64,000 nt of DNA, from sequence record OR532817.1; one strand, given 5' to 3'. Both the position numbers and the translations under genes were made by a program. Of this stretch, positions 8,068 through 17,025 are shown piece after piece (position 1 is the first letter of the stretch; the number at the start of each line of letters is the position of its first letter). Below the pieces are notes generated by a model, which was given only the letters and a program-made list of their open reading frames with translations, did no database searches and was not told the origin of the DNA.

Positions 8068-8247
8068 ATGGAAACTGTAATTGCTACTACCAAAATCAAT
8101 GGACTGGATAATGAAGTTTCATTGATCCATGACGGTAACGAATATGTTGTGTCATATGGTATCTATAAAACCTATCATGACGCTATCAATGAAGCTTTTG
8201 AGGATTATATGAAAGCAATTGAAATTGCTTATGATGATTATCGTTGA
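8068..8247 (+). CDS. Hypothetical acidic protein (59 aa, not in track)
   Basis: Promoter at about 8010, RBS AAGGAG, METVIATT...YDDYR*. Confidence 0.75.
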   Translation: METVIATTKINGLDNEVSLIHDGNEYVVSYGIYKTYHDAINEAFEDYMKAIEIAYDDYR

Positions 8248-8330
8248 AAGTACTTGCTTTAATCATTCAGTACTGTATAATGTATTACATCAAAGGGAAT
8301 GAATCATTCATTCCCACATAACCAGGAGTA

Positions 8331-8690
8331 ATGACTATGTTTGATAAAGTTTTATTTTCTGATAACACCTCTGAAACCGAGATCCCGGAAGCGGTAAAAG
8401 CTTTTGCTCAATTAGTTGCCCAGCGTCAAACTGATAATTACGACGGGCCTTATTCTTTCCTTACTGAGATTAGTAAAGGCAAAAAGTTTATTAAACTTAT
8501 TCGCCGCGAGAAGTGGAAAGATAACGGACAATTAACAGGCGGAACGGTATTTGCCTTTATTGATCCCGATGGTAACATTTACAAATCAGCGACGGCTAAA
8601 GCACCAGCTAAAGGTATTCGCGGAAATGTTAACATCAACGGCGGCAATGATGCAATCGGACGTGATGGTTATATTCGTTACTTTCGTTAA
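8331..8690 (+). CDS. Conserved phage hypothetical (FAFID..GNIYKSA..KAPAKG motif)
   Basis: Motif recalled from T4-like/cyanophage hypotheticals; promoter, leader hairpin, RBS. Confidence 0.8.
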   Translation: MTMFDKVLFSDNTSETEIPEAVKAFAQLVAQRQTDNYDGPYSFLTEISKGKKFIKLIRREKWKDNGQLTGGTVFAFIDPDGNIYKSATAKAPAKGIRGNVNINGGNDAIGRDGYIRYFR

Positions 8691-8705
8691 TTGACAAATC
8701 TTTAC
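8691..8705. promoter_or_regulatory. CpxR-type tandem box (1 mismatch)
   Basis: TTGAC-AAATC-TTTAC, 11 bp upstream of the -35 at 8717. Confidence 0.5.
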
Positions 8706-8711
8706 AAATCC

Positions 8712-8740
8712 AGGGGTTGACTTCGGTCGCCCCTTTTGTT
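8712..8740 (+). terminator. Terminator hairpin that also contains the -35 of the sRNA promoter
   Basis: AGGGGTTGAC-TTCG-GTCGCCCCT-TTTG; same design at about 10559, 14224, 16866, 19018. Confidence 0.7.
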
Positions 8741-8751
8741 ATTATATATTC

Positions 8752-8802
8752 ATACCACAGAGCAAGTGGTTTAGCCCACAGGGTGCCGAGATGTATCTAT
8801 AG
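8752..8802 (+). ncRNA. Two-hairpin sRNA-like element, copy 7
   Basis: TTGACT-17-TATTAT; CCAC-AGAGCAA-GTGG; GCCC-ACA-GGGT-GCCGAGATGTATCTATA. Confidence 0.7.
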
Positions 8803-8896
8803 TTTAATAATTTGAAGTACTGAAAAATAATTATAAAAAGTACTTGCTAGACGTGAATTCTTTTAAGAATTCACTTGTATTTGTGATTCAGTACTG
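8781..8896 (+). repeat. 116-bp near-identical direct repeat, copy A
   Basis: Matches 19085-19200; includes GTGAATTCTT-TT-AAGAATTCAC. Confidence 0.9.
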
Positions 8897-8932
8897 TATA
8901 ATGTACTTATACCAATTAAGGAGATTATCCAA

Positions 8933-9094
8933 ATGAATACACAATATGTACCGGTGATGAATATCACTATCGGAAATGGTAAAGGTATGCATCGATTCAG
9001 TACTACAAAGAGTTATACTCAGCGTACATTAGAATCATGTGCAATTACTAAATGGCAAATCAAACATTACTTCACTACGGACAAGAAAAATTGA
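8933..9094 (+). CDS. Hypothetical protein (53 aa, not in track)
   Basis: Promoter and RBS AAGGAG. Confidence 0.65.
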   Translation: MNTQYVPVMNITIGNGKGMHRFSTTKSYTQRTLESCAITKWQIKHYFTTDKKN

Positions 9095-9203
9095 TTAAAA
9101 AAGTATTGACTGCAATACTCAAGTACTGTATCATAACTGGTGTAGCGTTCGTGTTAGCAGTTGCTATAGTGTTTAGTACTGTAATTGTATTGGGGAACAT
9201 ATC

Positions 9204-9509
9204 ATGATTAAAAATATTGAAGCATTCGATAAAGCATATCTTTACACCAGTACTTTTCGGAATAGCGATGGCGATCCGGTTGAATTTAAAAATGTAGTAC
9301 TGATCCGCCCAGGGTTCGATATTATTCACATCTGGAATTCATGGAATCAGGCCGCCGGCAATCGCTATACTATTGATAAAGAAATTTCAATAGAAGAAGC
9401 GTTGAAACTCCCATCATTACCGGATCGTTTATCCCTGGCTAGTCGTGTGGAACTGGTAGGTGATACCGCACAATATATCACGCATGAGTATGAATTTAAG
9501 TACTTATAA
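9204..9509 (+). CDS. Hypothetical protein
   Basis: RBS GGGGA. Confidence 0.75.
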   Translation: MIKNIEAFDKAYLYTSTFRNSDGDPVEFKNVVLIRPGFDIIHIWNSWNQAAGNRYTIDKEISIEEALKLPSLPDRLSLASRVELVGDTAQYITHEYEFKYL

Positions 9510-9595
9510 GTGTTGACAACACGTTCCAGTACTGTATAATGTATTACATCAAAGGGGATACATAGTGTATCCCTGAATTAACAGGAGTAAACCAT

Positions 9596-9844
9596 ATGTC
9601 TAGTATCGTTATCAATGAAACCTTATTATCTGTTACCTATGACAATGACAGTGTTTTTCCGGGTAAAGATTATGGGGACGAAATTCCCGTAAAAGTTGAA
9701 CTCGATCAAAGTGTCGGTAATGCCGACGATATTAAACGCACTATGGTGGTTAAAATTGGCGATATCACTTTATTGCCCATTGATATTGATTATATCAAGT
9801 TTATGATTGATCGTGCAAATACCATTGCCGAAACCTTCAAATAA
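9596..9844 (+). CDS. Hypothetical protein
   Basis: Promoter 9513, leader hairpin, RBS CAGGAG. Confidence 0.8.
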   Translation: MSSIVINETLLSVTYDNDSVFPGKDYGDEIPVKVELDQSVGNADDIKRTMVVKIGDITLLPIDIDYIKFMIDRANTIAETFK

Positions 9845-9927
9845 GTACTTGACAACTGGTTTCAGTACTGTATAATGTTTATCAAAGGGGATACATAGTG
9901 TATCCCTGATTTAAAGGAGATTCTAAA

Positions 9928-10116
9928 ATGGCAGTAGTATACGGTTATATCAGCAACTATGATTTGACTTTCCGGGAAGTCGGTACTGAATTAGGTGCAA
10001 AGAATGCAGCAACGCGAAACGGCTCAACCCGTGTGGGATATCGCAGTAATATTAATAACATGTATATTGAAACGCATATCCGCAACGATAAAAAGGGTAA
10101 ATGGGAAAAAGTGTAA
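9928..10116 (+). CDS. Hypothetical protein
   Basis: Promoter 9849, leader hairpin, RBS AAGGAG. Confidence 0.8.
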   Translation: MAVVYGYISNYDLTFREVGTELGAKNAATRNGSTRVGYRSNINNMYIETHIRNDKKGKWEKV

Positions 10117-10126
10117 TCTAATTCCA

Positions 10127-10141
10127 TTTACAAATCTTTAC
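10127..10141. promoter_or_regulatory. CpxR-type tandem box
   Basis: TTTACAAATCTTTAC, 11 bp upstream of the -35 at 10153. Confidence 0.6.
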
Positions 10142-10187
10142 AAAACCAGTACTTGATTTAATTATTGAGTACTGGTATTATATATTC

Positions 10188-10232
10188 ATTGGCAGATAAG
10201 CCATAGCCCACAGGGTGGGGAAGTGTATCTAT
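10188..10232 (+). ncRNA. Two-hairpin sRNA-like element, copy 8
   Basis: TGGC-AGATAA-GCCA; GCCC-ACA-GGGT-GGGGAAGTGTATCTATA. Confidence 0.7.
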
Positions 10233-10354
10233 ATGATTTAAGTACTGATTTGTTTTTTATTTCAAAATAACGCTTGCATTACTTTTGGGTTAGTGTATAA
10301 TGTTTTATATCGAGAGGGGAATTGTTTTCCCCTCCACATTAAGGAAATGAAATT

Positions 10355-10537
10355 ATGTCTATCATCTTAACTGTTCGTCAATCAAACGCCCTGGCAGCAC
10401 TTAACAAATCTCTGCAAGAAGCGAGCGATTGCGGGATGTTTGATGTAGTTGATGCTACACCGTCGATCATTAACGCTTTCTGTGATGAAATGGCTTACTG
10501 TCAGGAGCAGGATGATAAGACAAAAGAAATAAAATAA
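10355..10537 (+). CDS. Hypothetical protein
   Basis: Promoter, leader hairpin, RBS AAGGA. Confidence 0.75.
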   Translation: MSIILTVRQSNALAALNKSLQEASDCGMFDVVDATPSIINAFCDEMAYCQEQDDKTKEIK

Positions 10538-10597
10538 GTACTGAAAAGTTTTCAAATAAGGGGTTGACTTCGGTCGACCCTTTTGCTATTATATATT

Positions 10598-10643
10598 CAT
10601 TGGCAGATAAGCCGCAGCCCACAGGGTGCCGAGATGTATCTAT
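10598..10643 (+). ncRNA. Two-hairpin sRNA-like element, copy 9
   Basis: TTGACT (10564)-17-TATTAT; GGC-AGATAA-GCC; GCCC-ACA-GGGT-GCCGAGATGTATCTATA. Confidence 0.7.
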
Positions 10644-10917
10644 AGTTTATTGAATTGTAGTACAGAAAAATATTTCTTGCATAATTCATTTCTTATGATA
10701 TAATAGTAATCACATAAATTAATTGGAGTGAACAAAAATGTTATTAGATTGGCTCAATACTTTATCCCCTGCTGCTGGCCGTCGCTGGGCTATCGGTTCG
10801 TCGGTTGCCATCGTTGTAGGCGTCATTGTACTTTTAGTGATGATTTTCTAAAAAGTACTTGCTTTAATGATCCAGTACTGTATAATGTACTTATACCAAA
10901 TAACAGGAGTAAAACTG

Positions 10918-11235
10918 ATGAAAGATGTAACTTTACCAGTAGTTCAAACTAACTTTGAAAACCAATTCCTGGCCGAAGTGTTCAAGATTGATAACGGCGT
11001 TGTATCAATCAATTACGGTTTCAATAGCGGCGGTTATGAAAAATTCATTTATTTCGTTACTGCCGACGGTGGATGCCTGGCAATTGATACGGTACTGAAT
11101 GAATTCAGTAAAGTAGATTTTAATGATGATAATGATCCTCAGTGGTATATCGTCGGTTATGACGTGAACTATGAAGATGAAGATCTTTATGATGATCATA
11201 CTAATCAAAAAATTGAATCCGCTTATGGGGAATAA
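10918..11235 (+). CDS. Conserved phage hypothetical (GGY...DGG..A...QW.IVG.DVNYED..L..DH...IESAYGE)
   Basis: Start moved to ATG 10918 after RBS CAGGAG; motif pattern recalled from phage hypotheticals. Confidence 0.8.
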   Translation: MKDVTLPVVQTNFENQFLAEVFKIDNGVVSINYGFNSGGYEKFIYFVTADGGCLAIDTVLNEFSKVDFNDDNDPQWYIVGYDVNYEDEDLYDDHTNQKIESAYGE

Positions 11236-11239
11236 AAAA

Positions 11240-11395
11240 ATGATCATCGTACTATCAGAGAAGGAAAAGAAATTAGTTCTTTCAGTACTGAAAGAATATC
11301 CCAGAAATATGCGGGAGCCGTTTGAAACAAATGGTGAATTCGAAGAGCATTTAAACGATATCGATTTATTGATATCCAAGATTGAATCACAATAG
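11240..11395 (+). CDS. Hypothetical protein
   Basis: Start moved to 11240 (RBS GGGGA). Confidence 0.65.
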   Translation: MIIVLSEKEKKLVLSVLKEYPRNMREPFETNGEFEEHLNDIDLLISKIESQ

Positions 11396-11554
11396 TGATG
11401 TACTGTAAAACGTCCTGTAAGCGATTATGGGACGTTTTAAGGAATAGCACTATGATTTATTCAGTACTGTGAAAAAACTCTTGTAAATTGATTCCAGTAC
11501 TGTATAATGCTTTACATGGGAAAATTATTCTCCACATTATTAGGAATAAAGAAT

Positions 11555-11782
11555 ATGTTTTATCTTGGAACTGTTAAAAAAAATTCAAATGTAATTGAAG
11601 CATCATTGATTTGTACTAACAATGAAGTGGCTGGCTATGCTTTTGCACAGGATCGATTCATGAAACATTATACCGGTGATAATTCAGTGTCATTTGATTT
11701 TGAACGTATCGGTGATGGTGTTACAATTATGAAATTTGAAGATCTCCCTGAAATCGATTTTGATTTTGTCGTTACACTGTAA
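11555..11782 (+). CDS. Hypothetical protein
   Basis: Start moved to 11555; promoter at about 11480. Confidence 0.75.
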   Translation: MFYLGTVKKNSNVIEASLICTNNEVAGYAFAQDRFMKHYTGDNSVSFDFERIGDGVTIMKFEDLPEIDFDFVVTL

Positions 11783-11881
11783 AAAAAGTACTTGCATAAT
11801 TCTTTCAGTACTGTATACTGTACTTATACCAAACAAAAGCAAATGGAATCAGTACTGATTCCCTGTAAAGGAGATAGACCA

Positions 11882-12133
11882 ATGTCAGATCGTATCACTC
11901 GCAAAATGGTAGCAGATAAAGTTGCTGGGCTGAATCTTGCTATTGACCGTCGTGGATTACCTGAAAAATATCAGGTAGTACTGGAAGATGGTAAATTCAA
12001 TATTGAATTACAGCCGTCTCATGTTTATACTAATCCAAAAGTGATACAAAAGAATTTGAGTACACGAGAAGCATATTTTTATCTGAAAGGTATGTTTCAA
12101 ATTCTTCTCGACAATGTACCACATAAAGATTAA
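11882..12133 (+). CDS. Hypothetical protein
   Basis: Start moved to 11882 (RBS AAGGAG); palindromic leader GGAATCAGTACTGATTCC. Confidence 0.8.
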   Translation: MSDRITRKMVADKVAGLNLAIDRRGLPEKYQVVLEDGKFNIELQPSHVYTNPKVIQKNLSTREAYFYLKGMFQILLDNVPHKD

Positions 12134-12135
12134 AG

Positions 12136-12166
12136 AAAAAGGGGAGACAACAAGTCTCCCTTTTTT
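12136..12166. terminator. Bidirectional intrinsic terminator
   Basis: AAAAAGGGGAGAC-AACAA-GTCTCCCTTTTTT. Confidence 0.85.
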
Positions 12167-12188
12167 GTATTCAGTACTATATATATTT

Positions 12189-12236
12189 TAGATACAATTT
12201 CGCACCCTGTGGGTTAGTAGCTTGTTCTGCTTTATG
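12189..12236 (-). ncRNA. Two-hairpin sRNA-like element, copy 10
   Basis: Minus-strand TTGACA-17-TATAAT; AGC-AGAACAA-GCT; ACCC-ACA-GGGT-GCGAAATTGTATCTA; points into the 12136 terminator. Confidence 0.7.
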
Positions 12237-12361
12237 TAGTAATTATATGATAAAGCTGGTGGCTTGTCAACACTTATTTTAAAATAAAAAGTACTGAATA
12301 GTACTTGCAAAAAGTATTCAGTACTGTATAATGTTTGTATTGAGATTAAGGAGTACTTACT

Positions 12362-12901
12362 ATGTTAATCAAAATGTATCACGGTTCTAATAATTTTGAT
12401 CATCGCCGTGGATATCTGGGCGGAAAACCTGGCAATTTTCATATGGGTTTTGGACTATATCTAACTAACTCTTATCGCTGGGCTGATAATTATGGGCGAC
12501 GTCATTATGAGTTAGATTTAGATATTTGTAGTACTGGTGCCGCACATAATGTATGGATTCCTACTAAACACTTTATGGAATTCATAAGAGTATATTGTAC
12601 TAAAAAGTTTTATACAATGTGCTGTAAAGAATTTAAAGACCGTGAATCTTTGAATGTAGAACGCGTTGAATTGCTTATTATCAATATGGAAAGGCACGTT
12701 ACGAAAATCGCTAAACCATTTGCTGAATTCGTCGCTGCCTGGGGTTGTACGCATAGCATTGAAATATCCGGTAACTATGGTGGTGTTTGTGTGCGGCTTT
12801 ATGATTTCAGTACTATAAAGAATTGTATCATAAGCCAGGAAACTCAGGATTTTTATTATCCAGATGAATTGACAAGATATCCTCAAAAAAACTTGTATTA
12901 A
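12362..12901 (+). CDS. ADP-ribosyltransferase-fold protein (putative)
   Basis: YHGS...GFGLYLT....A..YG signature of H-Y-type/PolyVal-like ARTs. Confidence 0.55.
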   Translation: MLIKMYHGSNNFDHRRGYLGGKPGNFHMGFGLYLTNSYRWADNYGRRHYELDLDICSTGAAHNVWIPTKHFMEFIRVYCTKKFYTMCCKEFKDRESLNVERVELLIINMERHVTKIAKPFAEFVAAWGCTHSIEISGNYGGVCVRLYDFSTIKNCIISQETQDFYYPDELTRYPQKNLY

Positions 12902-12953
12902 TGATTCAGTACTGATATAATGAATTAAATTAACCAGGAGGAAATATCTTAAA

Positions 12954-13082
12954 ATGAATAAACGTCAATTGATGATCGATGCATCTCGTTTCCGTTCAAA
13001 AGAAGAAAAGAGAAGTTGCATTAAATGGGTTTTGTCAACTTTCATTATTGGATTACTTATTGTTGCTTTTGTTTATAGTTAG
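12954..13082 (+). CDS. Small membrane protein (42 aa, not in track)
   Basis: RBS CAGGAGG; hydrophobic C-terminus WVLSTFIIGLLIVAFVYS. Confidence 0.7.
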   Translation: MNKRQLMIDASRFRSKEEKRSCIKWVLSTFIIGLLIVAFVYS

Positions 13083-13166
13083 TACTTGACAATATAATCC
13101 AGTACTGTATAATGTTTATCAAAGGGAATGAATTATTCATTCCCGATTAATCAAAGGAGTTTTGCC

Positions 13167-13391
13167 ATGATCTATATTATCAAAGTATCCCCGACTGTAG
13201 GCAAATCAGAAGTTGTAGCCGTTATCACTTCCCTGGAAGCGAAAAATCTTCATACCCCGTTTAATGTATGGGTGGAGGATAATTTCGGCCAATTCAGTAC
13301 TGCTGAATATATCGAACAATTCGCTGTCCCGGATACTGGCAAAATCAAAGTGGATCGTATCCTGGATTTTGATAACAGTAATTACTTTTAA
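13167..13391 (+). CDS. Hypothetical protein
   Basis: Start moved to 13167; promoter, hairpin, RBS AAGGAG. Confidence 0.8.
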   Translation: MIYIIKVSPTVGKSEVVAVITSLEAKNLHTPFNVWVEDNFGQFSTAEYIEQFAVPDTGKIKVDRILDFDNSNYF

Positions 13392-13477
13392 AAACGTTTG
13401 ACAACTGATTTAAGTACTGTATAATGTTTATCAAAGGGAATGAAATATTCATTCCCGATTAATCAAAGGGGTTTATC

Positions 13478-13624
13478 ATGAAAGAGTATATCTTTGAAGT
13501 AACTTTCACCTTTGGCCCGCACCAACTGATCCGGTCTTCTGGCTACAACCGCGAACAAGCATTCAGCAACCTTCGCCGTATGTACCCCAATGTCGTGACC
13601 TGGGTCAAGTGTGAAGAAGCATAA
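13478..13624 (+). CDS. Hypothetical protein (48 aa, not in track)
   Basis: Cassette duplicated from 13103-13160; RBS AAGGGG. Confidence 0.7.
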   Translation: MKEYIFEVTFTFGPHQLIRSSGYNREQAFSNLRRMYPNVVTWVKCEEA

Positions 13625-13704
13625 AATAATTAGTCAGTACTATTGACAACGGGTGATAGTACTGCTATAATTATTTTAACTTATACGGAATGGAGTTAAA
13701 ACAA

Positions 13705-13941
13705 ATGTTCAGTGTCAGCAAACAAGGCGACAAATTTCTGGTTCAATACCATCATTTTGATCTGGTATACACTCAGCCAGATTGTGTATTCAGTACTCAG
13801 GAAGGTGCCGAAAAGCACAAAAAAGCCTTGATCGAAAATAGCAACAGTGGTACATTAGATTTCATCCAACAGTACTGGAATGAATCTAAGCTGGTGGACG
13901 GTTATTCCAACACAGTTTATTATGTAGGTATCACTGATTAA
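13705..13941 (+). CDS. Hypothetical protein
   Basis: Promoter, RBS TGGAG. Confidence 0.75.
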   Translation: MFSVSKQGDKFLVQYHHFDLVYTQPDCVFSTQEGAEKHKKALIENSNSGTLDFIQQYWNESKLVDGYSNTVYYVGITD

Positions 13942-13956
13942 TCAGGAGTACTGTTA

Positions 13957-14040
13957 ATGTATATGCCAATTATCATACCGTTAGCAGTACTGTTAATCGC
14001 CGCCGTTATCTGCGAACAATATCATTTGTTAGGAATGTAA
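13957..14040 (+). CDS. Hydrophobic microprotein (27 aa)
   Basis: RBS CAGGAG; MYMPIIIPLAVLLIAAVIC. Confidence 0.5.
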   Translation: MYMPIIIPLAVLLIAAVICEQYHLLGM

Positions 14041-14043
14041 ACT

Positions 14044-14214
14044 ATGATTCAATGTGAATTGTCAGTACTGATCACACTGTTCTATATGTTGGGGCAAAAG
14101 AAACAAGATATTTCTGGTGATAATGCATTATTGTATCAATCATTAGACCAATGGCAACGATCTGAATTAAGCAATGCATGGGCGAAAGGCTACAACGACA
14201 GTACTGCAAAATAA
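14044..14214 (+). CDS. Hypothetical protein (56 aa)
   Basis: Follows the previous ORF; RBS AGGA. Confidence 0.55.
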   Translation: MIQCELSVLITLFYMLGQKKQDISGDNALLYQSLDQWQRSELSNAWAKGYNDSTAK

Positions 14215-14262
14215 TTTAAAAAAAGGGGTTGACTTATGTCAGCCCTTTTGTTATTATTAGTA

Positions 14263-14312
14263 CATAGCAAGAACAATGCTCAAGCCCACAGGGTGCGGAG
14301 GTGTATCTATAG
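14263..14312 (+). ncRNA. Two-hairpin sRNA-like element, copy 11
   Basis: TTGACT (14229); AGCA-AGAACAA-TGCT; GCCC-ACA-GGGT-GCGGAGGTGTATCTATA. Confidence 0.7.
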
Positions 14313-14400
14313 TTTATGTTGGTCTGAATCATTAATTTTCTTGACAATTGGTTTAGTACTGGATATAATAGCCGCCATTGAATACATGAGGATTTTAAAA

Positions 14401-14667
14401 ATGGCCTATCATACACCACATAGACACTTCATTGATAAACGCGGTATGGCTTTTAAAGCAATGAGTGACAATCGTAACACACAAATGTACTTTAAAGATA
14501 TGACGTTAGAAGAAGCAATTGAAGCCGTAAGGAATGATCGTAAGCTTTCCAAGAAAGTTGCATCAGTACTTAATGCTTTTTGGTTTGAACGTACTACCAA
14601 CAAAGAATACAAAGAAAAGATGATTGCACTTGGTAAAGTAGTACGAGAAGAAAAATTATATCTTTAA
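14401..14667 (+). CDS. Hypothetical protein
   Basis: Start moved to 14401 (RBS GAGGA, own promoter). Confidence 0.75.
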   Translation: MAYHTPHRHFIDKRGMAFKAMSDNRNTQMYFKDMTLEEAIEAVRNDRKLSKKVASVLNAFWFERTTNKEYKEKMIALGKVVREEKLYL

Positions 14668-14730
14668 GTACTTGACTATGTGATTCAGTACTGCTATTAT
14701 ATATTCATACCAATTAAGGAGATTGACCAA

Positions 14731-14838
14731 ATGAAACAAGCAAAATTTAATTCAGAAATTAAAGCAGCAAAAGCACACAAAGTACAGTTAGCAGTACTGG
14801 TTATTGTATCAATCTTTTTGCTGTGCAACATCGGCTAA
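14731..14838 (+). CDS. Small membrane protein (35 aa)
   Basis: Promoter 14672, RBS AAGGAG, hydrophobic C-terminus. Confidence 0.65.
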   Translation: MKQAKFNSEIKAAKAHKVQLAVLVIVSIFLLCNIG

Positions 14839-14918
14839 AATAATTATTACAGTACTATTGACAACACGTGATAGTACTGGTATAATTACTTTACCAAATC
14901 AAAAAGGAGTAACCAAAA

Positions 14919-15194
14919 ATGCGGATTAAACTTACCAGTGATGAGATTCATTCAGTACTTACTACCAATATGCAGGACTGGAAAAAGTACGCTGATATCG
15001 AAGAAGTCCAGGAACTCAATGATGATTTGAGTGTAGATGAAATTATCACTATTTGCTCATCTCAATTCTTTGATGATATCAATGATGAAGAGCAAGATGT
15101 ATTTGATATCATGGATAAACATTTTATTGCGTATGATGTTTTTCCGTACACTCGCCAGGCTTATATTCTTATTCACAACATTTATAACAAATAA
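14919..15194 (+). CDS. Acidic hypothetical protein
   Basis: Promoter, RBS AAGGAG; D/E-rich. Confidence 0.8.
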   Translation: MRIKLTSDEIHSVLTTNMQDWKKYADIEEVQELNDDLSVDEIITICSSQFFDDINDEEQDVFDIMDKHFIAYDVFPYTRQAYILIHNIYNK

Positions 15195-15206
15195 GGAATA
15201 ATAATC

Positions 15207-15572
15207 ATGGAAAAAGAATTTAAAATCAAATACAATATCAGTACTGATGGCGGTTTTGAAGTTCCAGAAGAAGATCAAGAACGCCTTAATGATGTTATTA
15301 TGATTGACATTTCAAATAAAATCATTCAAGGCTACCGCGAAGGTGAATTGTGTGAATCGTTGATGGATCAATTCGATGAAGTGGAAACGTTTTATCGTGG
15401 CTGGTGGAGTATCGAAGAAGTTCACAAAGTACACGAATACCGCGTATTCTGGATTAACGGCGTTAATGATATCGAAGATATCATTGTAAAAGAAAGTAGT
15501 GAATCCGCCGCCATTCAGTACTTTAAAGATCACTACCCAAACAAACGTTATCACCATTTAGAAAAAATTTAA
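15207..15572 (+). CDS. Hypothetical protein
   Basis: RBS AAGGA. Confidence 0.8.
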   Translation: MEKEFKIKYNISTDGGFEVPEEDQERLNDVIMIDISNKIIQGYREGELCESLMDQFDEVETFYRGWWSIEEVHKVHEYRVFWINGVNDIEDIIVKESSESAAIQYFKDHYPNKRYHHLEKI

Positions 15573-15659
15573 AAAGTACTTGACACCTAATATCAGTACT
15601 GATATATTAATACGCATAGGGGCAAACAACTTGCCCCACCAAACAAAAGGAACTACCAA

Positions 15660-16016
15660 ATGATTACTAAATTCTACGCTACTCGTGAACTGGCTCGGAT
15701 CGTCGCTCGTGAAGAAGGTGAAACCTTCAAAGATATGGGTAAAGATTCCCCTGCTGGTCAACGCTGGGCAGTACTGTTCCGCGAGGTCAAAGACCTGGTA
15801 GAAAACGCTAAAGCCGTTGAAATGAACGTTCCCACCAAAGAAGATAAAGATCTGACTGATGCCCTCGCCGCCGCATTCTCCGCGATGGATAAAGCCGCTG
15901 CGGTAGTACTGAAAGTGCCGGAATTCGTAACCCGCAAAGTGCATTCAGTACTACAAAATAAATTCAACGGTAAACAGGTTCAGGTGTTTACTAAACGTAA
16001 AATTCCGGTCATGTAA
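15660..16016 (+). CDS. Hypothetical protein (ATRxxAR...RWAV motif)
   Basis: Promoter 15580, leader hairpin, biased codons. Confidence 0.8.
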   Translation: MITKFYATRELARIVAREEGETFKDMGKDSPAGQRWAVLFREVKDLVENAKAVEMNVPTKEDKDLTDALAAAFSAMDKAAAVVLKVPEFVTRKVHSVLQNKFNGKQVQVFTKRKIPVM

Positions 16017-16094
16017 AATCTGACTATTACAGTACTAACAAAGGGGCTTCAATGCCCCTTTAAACGTCCTGTAAACCATTCTAAGAGGTTTTGC

Positions 16095-16343
16095 ATGAAA
16101 AAGGTACAACTACACAAAGGAGTAATGAAAGTTCATTATAATGCCCCGCAACGCATTATAGATAGAGCCATTGAACTAGCCAATCAATATCTAGCTGGTG
16201 GATTAACTCCCAGGAAGTTAAGCAACGGGAAGTTATATGTAATCAACGTTGATACTAATAATCGTATAGTAATCAAAGGTGAAAGCATATCACTGTATGA
16301 ACATCAACAGTATAACAAGAAAGTAAAAAATATTAGTAGATAA
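16095..16343 (+). CDS. ParE/RelE-like toxin-fold protein (putative)
   Basis: PRKL...VINV...RIVI...LYEHQQYN resembles the PRRL/RWRLL/LMSHE.YN pattern; probable start 16125 (RBS AAGGAG). Confidence 0.45.
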   Translation: MKKVQLHKGVMKVHYNAPQRIIDRAIELANQYLAGGLTPRKLSNGKLYVINVDTNNRIVIKGESISLYEHQQYNKKVKNISR

Positions 16344-16422
16344 GTGTTGACAACTGATTTCAGTACTACCATAATGTATACATACAAGGCAATACCACCT
16401 AATAACATAGGAGTAACTGAAA

Positions 16423-16845
16423 ATGAAAAAATCCACTAAAATTATCTTAGGTGTATTTGTTGTTCCGGCAGTAGCCTTTTTTACTTGTGCTATGATTTTT
16501 GGTGATGCTTCTCGGGTTGCCGCAAAAATCGAAAAAGAAAAACAAGTCCAGGTTGAAGTTAAGAAAGAAGAAAAGAAAAATTATAACACTGTATGGGAAG
16601 CAATTTGCCATACCAGTAATGGTAAAAGGATCTCCATCCTTACAGCGATGAATAATGGAAAATCAATCGTCGGAAATGAATATATGGAAGTTACTTCCAG
16701 TACTGGTAAAGAATTTGTAATGACGAACTATAATAACAATAATGTTGCAATTGTTACACAGGATTTTAAAGGCAATGCAGTACTGGAATATCATACGGAA
16801 TATGAAGTAATATTTGCAAAATGCACGTTTGAATGGGGTGCATAA
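16423..16845 (+). CDS. N-terminally membrane-anchored protein
   Basis: Basic start then IILGVFVVPAVAFFTCAMIF; promoter, RBS. Confidence 0.75.
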   Translation: MKKSTKIILGVFVVPAVAFFTCAMIFGDASRVAAKIEKEKQVQVEVKKEEKKNYNTVWEAICHTSNGKRISILTAMNNGKSIVGNEYMEVTSSTGKEFVMTNYNNNNVAIVTQDFKGNAVLEYHTEYEVIFAKCTFEWGA

Positions 16846-16902
16846 AAATAAACAAAAAATCAAAAAAGGGGTTGACATATGTCAGCCCCTTTGCTATTAT
16901 TA

Positions 16903-16950
16903 ATATCAAGAAAACAAGCTAACCCACAGGGTGCATAAATGTATCTATAG
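16903..16950 (+). ncRNA. Two-hairpin sRNA-like element, copy 12
   Basis: TTGACA (16872); AAAACAA; ACCC-ACA-GGGT-GCATAAATGTATCTATA; hairpin 1 weak. Confidence 0.6.
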
Positions 16951-17025
16951 TTTATTAAAGAATTTTAGTACTTGACAACGTAGTACATCAGTACTAAAAT
17001 ATCTACATACAAAGGAGATTACCAA

